12,423 bases of DNA from Promethearchaeia archaeon (lineage in GTDB: Archaea; Asgardarchaeota; Lokiarchaeia; Sigyniarchaeales; SOKP01): NCBI GenBank assembly GCA_029856105.1, contig JAHQWH010000238.1:1-12423 (forward strand), written 5' to 3'. The translations under genes and the position numbers were made by a program. Below the pieces are notes generated by a model, which saw only the letters and a list, made by a program, of their open reading frames with translations, did not search any database and was not told where the DNA came from. Position 1 is the first letter of the stretch; every line of letters begins with the position of its first letter. Below are positions 1 through 6,605 of the stretch, piece after piece.

Positions 1-555
1 GGTCAACCTAAAGAAGACAGCGCAAGAATTATCCTTAGTGAAGACTACGAAGGTATAATCACTAGAGATTATGGATTTATTATTGCTATTGTTAATGTAC
101 TTGATGTAGGACATGGTATCATTATACCTGGAAATGCTAATACCTTTCATAAAGTAGAATTCTCTATTTTAACTTTTAAACCTAAACTCGGAGAGGTTGT
201 TGAGGGAGAAGTCGTTGAGTTAGTAGATTTTGGCTCATTCATACGTTTGGGACCGCTAGATGGCTTAGTTCATGTCTCCCAGATATGCGATGATTATATC
301 TCATTTGAACAGGTCGGTAATCGATTTATTGGTAAAGAAACGGGAAAAATACTTGAAGTTAACAATGATGTGAGGGCAAAAATAATTGCAGTCTCTTTAG
401 GTACAGGAAGGAGCGGTAAACTAGGTTTGACGATGCGCCAAAAGTTTTTAGGGAGACCAGAATGGATTGAAGCGGATGTCGAGGAAGTGTACGCTGAAAA
501 AGAAGCAAAGGATAAGAAAAAAAAAGAAGATGAAGTTAGTAAGGATAAAGAATAA
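1..555 (+). CDS. rpoE1: DNA-directed RNA polymerase subunit E' (Rpo7), 5'-truncated by the window edge
   Basis: Frame 1 is open from base 1 (GQPKEDSARIILSEDYEGII...HKVEFSILTFKPKLGEVVEGEVVELVDFGSFIRLGPLDGLVHVSQI), so the ORF-track start at 247 is internal. Contains S1-domain motifs and KLGLTMRQKFLG typical of RpoE1, and is followed by spt4. Confidence 0.96.
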   Translation, partial: GQPKEDSARIILSEDYEGIITRDYGFIIAIVNVLDVGHGIIIPGNANTFHKVEFSILTFKPKLGEVVEGEVVELVDFGSFIRLGPLDGLVHVSQICDDYISFEQVGNRFIGKETGKILEVNNDVRAKIIAVSLGTGRSGKLGLTMRQKFLGRPEWIEADVEEVYAEKEAKDKKKKEDEVSKDKE

Positions 556-589
556 TTTTATTATTAAATAATAGTAGGCGAAAATATTT

Positions 590-778
590 TTGAAAGAAAA
601 AGCTTGTAAAAATTGCCATTTAATTACCAAAAAAGAACAGATTTGTCCAAAATGTAAAACCCATAGTCTCAGCGAAGATTATACCGGGGAAGTCATAATA
701 ATTAATCCTTCGGAATCTAGATTTGCGGAATATTTAAAGATCCATTTTCCTGGGAAGTATGCATTAAGAGTAAGGTAA
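590..778 (+). CDS. spt4: Transcription elongation factor Spt4 (RpoE'')
   Basis: KACKNC...CPKC zinc ribbon, YTGEVIIINPSES and C-terminal PGKYALRVR. Canonical position after rpoE1. TTG start. Confidence 0.95.
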   Translation: MKEKACKNCHLITKKEQICPKCKTHSLSEDYTGEVIIINPSESRFAEYLKIHFPGKYALRVR

Positions 779-823
779 TTTAATACTTATCCTCAATGAT
801 AAAGTCGTATCATATCTTTCTTA

Positions 824-1408
824 TTAATTTTTCATTAAAGATACAAATTTCTGTACAACTTTTTTTATCCTTTTTTCAACGTCTACCATAACGATACCTT
901 CGGGAATCTGGCGCTTTGAATCAGTTATGGGTGGTTGGCCGTAAAACACTAAATTTTTAACCGTTTCGTTAAGAGGAATGCTCAGAACCAACGGCAAGAC
1001 TAATAAATCTTCTTCGCCTTTAGTAACTTTAAATAGTGTTCTTTTATCAGACGTTATAATCTCATCTAAAAGAGTAAAACTTTCTTTTTTAATACCTCCT
1101 TCAGGGTTTTCAAATTCAATAATTTCTTCAAAAAAATCCTCAATCTTTATTTTAATTTGATTTCTTTGAGTTTTTCCGTCGATGATGCAAAGTTTAATGA
1201 AAGATTTTAGAAAATCATTCTCGAGAAAATCCCTTGTTACGATATCTCCAACTAGATACACCTTTACTTCAAAATTGGCGTTTTTATAATTTCTAATATG
1301 TTCTTCTACTTCAGAAATAGTTTCTTTCCGCGTTCCTGCAATTAATTTACCTAAAGGCTGAGAAAACTTATGTCTTTCGGTTGTAGGGATTTTTAGATTT
1401 TTATCCAT
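824..1408 (-). CDS. DUF359 family GTP-dependent dephospho-CoA kinase
   Basis: Motifs VGDIVT, IIDGKTQR, NPEGGI, GEEDLLVLP and VFYGQP...EGIVMV. SD-like GGAGTGA (1421-1415) lies upstream of the ATG. Sits in the usual spt4/rps24e neighbourhood but is inverted. Confidence 0.9.
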   Translation of the reverse strand: MDKNLKIPTTERHKFSQPLGKLIAGTRKETISEVEEHIRNYKNANFEVKVYLVGDIVTRDFLENDFLKSFIKLCIIDGKTQRNQIKIKIEDFFEEIIEFENPEGGIKKESFTLLDEIITSDKRTLFKVTKGEEDLLVLPLVLSIPLNETVKNLVFYGQPPITDSKRQIPEGIVMVDVEKRIKKVVQKFVSLMKN

Positions 1409-1425
1409 CTTAAATCACTCCATTT

Positions 1426-1629
1426 TTATGTTTTTACTTTATTATAGAGATTAAAAGTTAAAATAAACAATAATACCCACAAAAATAGGCAACCAACAAA
1501 GATGCTAACGTATATTCCTGTGACTACATTTTTTAGAAGCAAAAATAATACAATCGTAATAATAATTAATGCCACTTCGATGGTTATCATAATTTTTGTT
1601 TTCAACAAGTAATTTTTAGATTTGGACAT
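1426..1629 (-). CDS. Small hypothetical membrane protein (two hydrophobic segments)
   Basis: ATG at 1629 (MSKSKNYLLK...); the ORF track extends it to TTG 1650. Two hydrophobic stretches of about 20 aa with basic flanks. Ends 17 bp upstream of the DUF359 gene on the same strand. Confidence 0.55.
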   Translation of the reverse strand: MSKSKNYLLKTKIMITIEVALIIITIVLFLLLKNVVTGIYVSIFVGCLFLWVLLFILTFNLYNKVKT

Positions 1630-1746
1630 ATTTTTCTTACAAAAAACCAAAATTTTATTTTTTATTATTTCTTTAATTTTTTATAACTCAGAATTATCTT
1701 TAAATTAACTGATTATCTGAGAAAAAGAGTAATAAAAAGGTTCGAA

Positions 1747-2103
1747 ATGTCGTTTAATATTGAAATTTTGGAAGAAAAAATAAACCCATTAATCGATCGA
1801 ACGGAATTAAAATTCAGAATCGATCATTTTAGTGCCGGGACACCTAATAAGTTAGATGTTAAGAAGAAAATTGCAGCGTTGAAGAACGCAAACGAAAAAT
1901 ATACAATAATTCGTAAAATTAAAACTCATTTCGGTAGCTCATACGATGTAGGGTTAGCAAATATTTACAAGAACGCTAAAGAACTTCAATTCTATGAGCC
2001 TTTCCATATTCAAGTGCGAAATTTACCCAAAGACACGCGAGAAGAAATTTATAAATTAAAGAAAAGAAAAGAACCTTTCAATCACTTATTTGAATACGAT
2101 TAA
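1747..2103 (+). CDS. rps24e: 30S ribosomal protein S24e (eS24)
   Basis: NPLIDRTE, GTPNKLDVKKKIA, KIKTHFG and YEPFHIQVRN motifs. Adjacent to rps27ae. Confidence 0.94.
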   Translation: MSFNIEILEEKINPLIDRTELKFRIDHFSAGTPNKLDVKKKIAALKNANEKYTIIRKIKTHFGSSYDVGLANIYKNAKELQFYEPFHIQVRNLPKDTREEIYKLKKRKEPFNHLFEYD

Positions 2104-2130
2104 TTAATTAAAAAGTAAATTGAAGAATTT

Positions 2131-2361
2131 ATGTCAAATAAATCAAATGCATCCAAATTTTATAAAATTGAAGATGGTAAAATAGTTAGGACACATAGAG
2201 TTTGTCCTAAGTGTGCCCCCTCGGTATTTCTCGCGGACCACTACGATAGATGGTCGTGCGGAAAGTGTGGATACACTATATTCAAAAGAAAAGGTAAGAA
2301 GGGAGCTGCAACAGTTGCAAAACATAGTAGGACCCCTCGAAAACGCACTAAGTCAACTTAA
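2131..2361 (+). CDS. rps27ae: 30S ribosomal protein S27ae (eS31), no ubiquitin fusion
   Basis: [11 protein letters not shown]...CPKC...[18 protein letters not shown] zinc-finger signature. Confidence 0.96.
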   Translation: MSNKSNASKFYKIEDGKIVRTHRVCPKCAPSVFLADHYDRWSCGKCGYTIFKRKGKKGAATVAKHSRTPRKRTKST

Positions 2362-2439
2362 ACTCTAATAATAAACTCCATACTATCTTTTTCAATATCT
2401 CCTTTTAATACACCATTTTAACTTTGCTATATTTATATT

Positions 2440-2445
2440 AGGTGA
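2440..2445 (+). promoter_or_regulatory. Shine-Dalgarno-like site (AGGTGA) for kae1
   Basis: AGGTGA ends 5 nt before ATG 2451 and is complementary to the 16S rRNA 3' end. Confidence 0.55.
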
Positions 2446-2450
2446 ACCGG

Positions 2451-3458
2451 ATGAAATTAAAAAAAGTTTTAGGTATTGAATCTACTGCTCACACTTGGAG
2501 TGTGGGTATTATAGGATTTGATGGAACGGTATTTAGTCTTGTTAATGATATTTATATTCCAGAAAAAGGTGGTCTTCATCCAGCTTTAGTAAAAGAGCAA
2601 CATCTTAATAATTTTATGAATATTATAAATCAGGCGTTATTAGAAGCTAGTATTTCAATACATGATATTGATTTAATCGCGTTTAGTAAGAGCCCTGGTT
2701 TAGGGCCCATATTAAAAATTGGTGCCCAAGCTGCTAGAATGTTAACTCAACTGTTAGATATTCCAATAGTAGCTGTTAATCACTGCATTGCTCATATAGA
2801 AATTGGACGGCTAATGTGTAAAATTGAGGACCCTTTAACTTTATATGTATCAGGCGGGAATACGATTGTTAGTGCGTATGAGTCTGGAAGATATCAAATT
2901 TTTGGAGAGACTCTCGATATTCCTATTGGTAATTTATTAGATTCATTTGCCCGCGATGTTGAATTACCCCATCCTGGAGGCCCAAAAATCGAAAAATTAG
3001 CGTTTAACTCAAATAAATATTTGTCTTTGCCTTATGTTGTGAAAGGTATGGATTTATCTTTTTCAGGACTCTATACAGCCGCTAAAAGGTTATTAGAGTC
3101 CAAAGATTATAATAAGAAATATAATTTAAACGATGTTGCTTATTCATTGCAAGAAACTGCTTTTGCTATGCTAACTGAAGTTACCGAAAGGGCTTTAGCT
3201 CACACGGAAAAAAAAGAAGTTTTATTAACTGGTGGTGTTGCTGCTAATAAAAGGTTGCAAGAAATGATTAAATATATAAGTGCAGAACATGGCGCGAGGT
3301 TTGAAGTTGTTCCTTTAAAATACTCGGGAGATAATGGAGCAATGATTGGATGGACTGGCCTTCTAAGGCATGAAGCTGAAGGGGGTCATACAATTTTGGA
3401 AACGAAAATAAACCCTAAAGAACGCATGGATCAAATCACAATTCCTTGGAGAGATTAG
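2451..3458 (+). CDS. kae1: KEOPS complex tRNA N6-adenosine threonylcarbamoyltransferase Kae1
   Basis: LGIESTAHT, PGLGP, VNHCIAHIEIG (metal-binding histidines), LYVSGGNT, GETLDI, GGVAAN and GDNGAMI motifs. ATG 2451 is preferred over GTG 2442 because the GTG lies inside the SD. Confidence 0.97.
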   Translation: MKLKKVLGIESTAHTWSVGIIGFDGTVFSLVNDIYIPEKGGLHPALVKEQHLNNFMNIINQALLEASISIHDIDLIAFSKSPGLGPILKIGAQAARMLTQLLDIPIVAVNHCIAHIEIGRLMCKIEDPLTLYVSGGNTIVSAYESGRYQIFGETLDIPIGNLLDSFARDVELPHPGGPKIEKLAFNSNKYLSLPYVVKGMDLSFSGLYTAAKRLLESKDYNKKYNLNDVAYSLQETAFAMLTEVTERALAHTEKKEVLLTGGVAANKRLQEMIKYISAEHGARFEVVPLKYSGDNGAMIGWTGLLRHEAEGGHTILETKINPKERMDQITIPWRD

Positions 3459-3471
3459 GTGGTTTAAGAGA

Positions 3472-4146
3472 TTGATTGATGAGATTGTCATAGAGAAACT
3501 TTTTCACAAGGGTGCTGAAGCAAGTCTTTTCTACGGTCATTGGTTTGGTAAAGAGGTTATATTTAAACTCCGTAGCCCTAAAAATTATCGTATAGAGCAG
3601 CTCGATAAAAAAATACGCGTTATGCGAACCCTTAACGAGGCTAAAGCTTTAATAAAAGTTAAAAACTATGGTGTAAATGTTCCTCAAGTTTACGAAATTG
3701 ACACTGAGAACTCTACAATCGTAATGAAGTATATCAAAGGAGAAAAATTAAAAGATTTTATGAATTCAATAGAAGAAGATAGAAAACAGCAAATCTTTAA
3801 TGAGATCGGTAAATTTGTCGCTATTTTACACAAAAATGGTCATATTCATGGTGATCTTACAACAAGCAATATCATTATTACTTCAATTCAAGAAATTTTC
3901 ATTATTGATTTTGGACTCCACAATTACTCCGATTCTATTGAAGATAAAAGCGTTGATCTCCATCTTTTTAAAAGAGTTTTACTCTCTTCTCATGGTACTG
4001 ATTATAAAATTTGTTTTGATGCCTTTTTAGATGGTTATAGCACAGAATATTGGAAAGCAAAAGTAAATGAAAGCAATGAAATCATAAGAAACATGACTAC
4101 AATAGAAACAAGAGGGCGCTACATCAGAAAGGAAGATAGAAAATAA
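3472..4146 (+). CDS. bud32: KEOPS complex kinase/ATPase Bud32
   Basis: KGAEA, K.R.PK.YR, IHGDLTTSN, IDFGL, EDKSVDLHL and C-terminal RGRY. Lies 13 bp after kae1. TTG start with AGGTGG upstream. Confidence 0.95.
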   Translation: MIDEIVIEKLFHKGAEASLFYGHWFGKEVIFKLRSPKNYRIEQLDKKIRVMRTLNEAKALIKVKNYGVNVPQVYEIDTENSTIVMKYIKGEKLKDFMNSIEEDRKQQIFNEIGKFVAILHKNGHIHGDLTTSNIIITSIQEIFIIDFGLHNYSDSIEDKSVDLHLFKRVLLSSHGTDYKICFDAFLDGYSTEYWKAKVNESNEIIRNMTTIETRGRYIRKEDRK

Positions 4147-4412
4147 TATAAAATTTTTTCACACTACCTTATATTGTTTACATTAATTGTTCATTATAAA
4201 GATAAACACATCAAAATTATTTACATCTGATATAGAGCCCTTTAAATACCTTCATATTAGGAGAGATAATTTTATATACAAGTTTAACTTATAAATTATT
4301 ATCAAAAAGTTGGAATTTATTAAGGGTTAAGAATATTTTAGCATTTGTAATTCTAAATAACACCTCCTTTTGAATTTGATTTTAAAGATTAATAAGATTG
4401 GGGTAATTTAAA

Positions 4413-4625
4413 TTGCCAAACAATAAAAAAAAGAAGAAACCAAAAATGCAAAATATAACTATCAACATACCTGAGATATATGATGAAAATATTCAAAAAT
4501 TAATAAAAATGAAAGTAACAGCTAGTAGATCAGAAGCTATAAGAATTGCAATTCGAGAGTTCTTACACACCGAATACGATAACCTGAAACTACTAGGATA
4601 TTTTGACCCAGTAGAATTAGAATAA
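4413..4625 (+). CDS. Ribbon-helix-helix (CopG/Arc/MetJ-like) DNA-binding protein
   Basis: Beta strand QNITINIP, helix A, then SRSEAIRIAIREFL helix B. Lys-rich N-terminus. TTG start with GGGGT upstream; alternative ATG at 4446. Confidence 0.85.
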   Translation: MPNNKKKKKPKMQNITINIPEIYDENIQKLIKMKVTASRSEAIRIAIREFLHTEYDNLKLLGYFDPVELE

Positions 4626-4631
4626 ATATTA

Positions 4632-4874
4632 TTATCTTCGCTTACGAATTTTTCGTGCTTCTCTTTCAACTTCCCTTAAAACAACAATATCGGCAACTTG
4701 TACAGGACCTTTAACATTTCTCGTAAGAATTCGATTTTTATCTGGTCCTTCAAGAATTCTAACTTTAATTTGATTGATCTCCCCGGTTAAACCAGTTCTG
4801 CCAACAATCTGAAGAACCTCGGCAGGAATAGAGGCATCATACACAGTTTTTCCTTTTTTCTCAATCTTTACCAA
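4632..4874 (-). CDS. rps28e: 30S ribosomal protein S28e (eS28)
   Basis: [42 protein letters not shown]...[12 protein letters not shown] start with GGTGA (4885-4881) upstream. Confidence 0.96.
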   Translation of the reverse strand: MVKIEKKGKTVYDASIPAEVLQIVGRTGLTGEINQIKVRILEGPDKNRILTRNVKGPVQVADIVVLREVEREARKIRKRR

Positions 4875-4888
4875 GGACTTTCACCGTA

Positions 4889-5260
4889 TTATTTTTTTAA
4901 TACTTCTAACTTTTTTATTATATCTTCTAAAGCTTTATCGTTTCCAGTTCCAATAGTTTCAATAGCTACAGCAGATGACGCGATGTTAATTCGAGCAGCG
5001 TTTCCCAATTCTTTTTTTGTAGCAATATAACAATAGGGAATTGATTTTTCTTCGCAGAGCAAAGGTACATGAAATAATATTTCGGGTGGACTTACATCTT
5101 CTGCCATAATAACAAGCTTCGCGAGGCTCCTTTCTATTGACTTTGTTACCTCATTCATTCCCTTTCTAATTTTTGAATCCCGATTGCTAGAAATTAATGA
5201 CAATAATGCCTTGATATCATCTTTTAGGGCATCAGGAACTTTAAATTTTATATAACTCAT
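4889..5260 (-). CDS. rpl7ae: 50S ribosomal protein L7Ae (eL8), K-turn binding protein
   Basis: KIRKGMNEVTKSIER, LVIMAEDVSPPEI, HVPLLCEEKSIPY and KKELG motifs. Probable ATG at 5260 (MSYIKFKVP); the ORF track extends it to TTG 5275. Confidence 0.96.
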   Translation of the reverse strand: MSYIKFKVPDALKDDIKALLSLISSNRDSKIRKGMNEVTKSIERSLAKLVIMAEDVSPPEILFHVPLLCEEKSIPYCYIATKKELGNAARINIASSAVAIETIGTGNDKALEDIIKKLEVLKK

Positions 5261-5332
5261 TTTTTCTCTTTCCAATATATATTTCTAATATATTATCATA
5301 AATCATCGATTTTTAATATGGTATTAAATATA

Positions 5333-5364
5333 GGATTTAAAATAAAATTTTGGATTTAAAATAA
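5333..5364. repeat. 13-bp perfect direct repeat GGATTTAAAATAA (5333-5345, 5352-5364); possible tandem TATA boxes or operator for rpl7ae
   Basis: Seen directly. Reads TTATTTTAAATCC on the minus strand, about 75-105 nt upstream of the rpl7ae ATG. Function is inferred. Confidence 0.45.
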
Positions 5365-5551
5365 TATTAAGAGAAAATGGTCAGAGCCTATAAACACATA
5401 AGGCATATATCGAAGATATGAACAATTTTTAGAATTGATAATGTAAACATCTAAAAAGTGAAATCCAACATTATGGATAAGAACATTATTTTTAGAATAT
5501 TAATGTATTAAAGGTAAAATTTTTTTAGAATACTACTTTTAATAATCTATT

Positions 5552-5752
5552 ATGATTATTCCCATAAGATGTTTTTCATGCGGACGGCTCGTGGCCAATA
5601 TTTATAAACCTTATTTGGAGCTTATAGAAAAAGGAGAAACCGCTGAAGACGCTTTTAAAGAGTTGGGTATTGAAAGGTTCTGTTGCAAAAGAATGATTGT
5701 TAGCCATGTAGACTTGATAAATGAGCTATTAAAGTTCCCAAGGCTACAATAA
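5552..5752 (+). CDS. rpoN: DNA-directed RNA polymerase subunit N (Rpo10)
   Basis: MIIPIRCFSCG...LGIERFCCKRMIVSHVD, the CxxC...CC zinc signature of Rpo10/RPB10. Confidence 0.97.
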   Translation: MIIPIRCFSCGRLVANIYKPYLELIEKGETAEDAFKELGIERFCCKRMIVSHVDLINELLKFPRLQ

Positions 5753-5813
5753 GCTAAAAATCTTATCTTAAATATAGTTTTTCAGAATCAGATTTAAAAA
5801 AGTAATATTTTTA

Positions 5814-5996
5814 CTACTCTTTCCCATAGACGCTAGTCCATCTTACTTTACGTGGGTTTCTTTTTTGCACTAACATAGCGACTCTACATTTATGTGTACA
5901 GAAATTTAGAATAGTCCCATCTTTCTTAATGTACATATGGCCCCTTCCTATTAAGACATCCCCCTGGCAAAAGGAGCATTTTTTTACTTTAACCAT
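5814..5996 (-). CDS. rpl24e: 50S ribosomal protein L24e (eL24)
   Basis: CSFC...GRGHMYIKKDG...FCTHKC...RNPRKVRWT (TRASH-type eL24). Confidence 0.96.
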   Translation of the reverse strand: MVKVKKCSFCQGDVLIGRGHMYIKKDGTILNFCTHKCRVAMLVQKRNPRKVRWTSVYGKE

Positions 5997-6025
5997 CGAA
6001 TTTTCATCTCGCTCTGTTAATTAGA

Positions 6026-6439
6026 TTATTCTTCTTTCACTTTAAAGAGTTCAGTTTCTCCATATTTTACAACTTTTAAATTTAGTAGCGTCATATCATA
6101 ACTAACTTCATTTCCGCGCACCATCTTCCTTCTTTTTTCCCCTTTTCTCTTTGGTTTATAACCAATAGCTTTTTTTGAAACCAAAATTCTCTTTTTTACT
6201 GGGCCGTGAACGTCTTTTCTCATAGGAAAGCCGCTAGCATCTGAACCACCCATGACCTGAAACTCGTAGTTTGGAAAACCAATTAGACCCCCTTTAATAA
6301 TTTCGCCTATCTTCATACCTTCAAAACGGACATTTTGAAACCTCTTTTCATCGATCTCAATTAATTTAGATAATCCCTTTCCCGGGCCTTCGCTTCCCCC
6401 AGAAATATTTAGCTTATATACTCTTTTCTCTGAACTCAT
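6026..6439 (-). CDS. rps6e: 30S ribosomal protein S6e (eS6)
   Basis: KLNIS, GMKIGE, GGSDASGFPMRKDVHG and GEKRRKMVRGN motifs. Probable ATG at 6439; the ORF track extends it to TTG 6457. Confidence 0.96.
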   Translation of the reverse strand: MSSEKRVYKLNISGGSEGPGKGLSKLIEIDEKRFQNVRFEGMKIGEIIKGGLIGFPNYEFQVMGGSDASGFPMRKDVHGPVKKRILVSKKAIGYKPKRKGEKRRKMVRGNEVSYDMTLLNLKVVKYGETELFKVKEE

Positions 6440-6605
6440 AATTATCAAACTAACCAAAAGGAAATTACTAAAAAGAATGTCCTAAAATTTAAATATTTTA
6501 TTGATTTTTGAGGTTTTAGAATTTTTCAGAATAATTTATTAAAAATAAAATTTATTTTAAAGATCAGTACTTATTAAAAATAAAGAAATAAATTGGGATC
6601 TAAAT

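Noticed and set aside
448-630. 60-aa minus-strand ORF
   Set aside because: Antisense shadow of the rpoE1 Lys/Glu tail and spt4; its Phe-richness is an artefact of A-runs.
978-1160. 60-aa plus-strand ORF
   Set aside because: Lies entirely antisense within the DUF359 gene.
2143-2325. 60-aa minus-strand ORF
   Set aside because: Antisense to rps27ae.
3440-3490. Possible frameshifted Kae1-Bud32 fusion
   Set aside because: kae1 ends at its normal W-R terminus and bud32 has its own SD and start. Split genes are normal in many archaea and in eukaryotes.
3800-4030. 76-aa hydrophobic ORF in an alternative frame
   Set aside because: Nested within bud32; typical off-frame product of AT-rich codons.
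4266-4303. Imperfect inverted repeat (GATAAT...AAGT-TTA-ACTT...ATTATC) as an RHH operator
   Set aside because: Needs several gaps and is nearly all A/T, so it cannot be distinguished from background.
5377-5421. 14-codon ORF MVRAYKHIRHISKI upstream of rpoN
   Set aside because: Too short to support. The faint resemblance to the eL15 N-terminus is probably chance.
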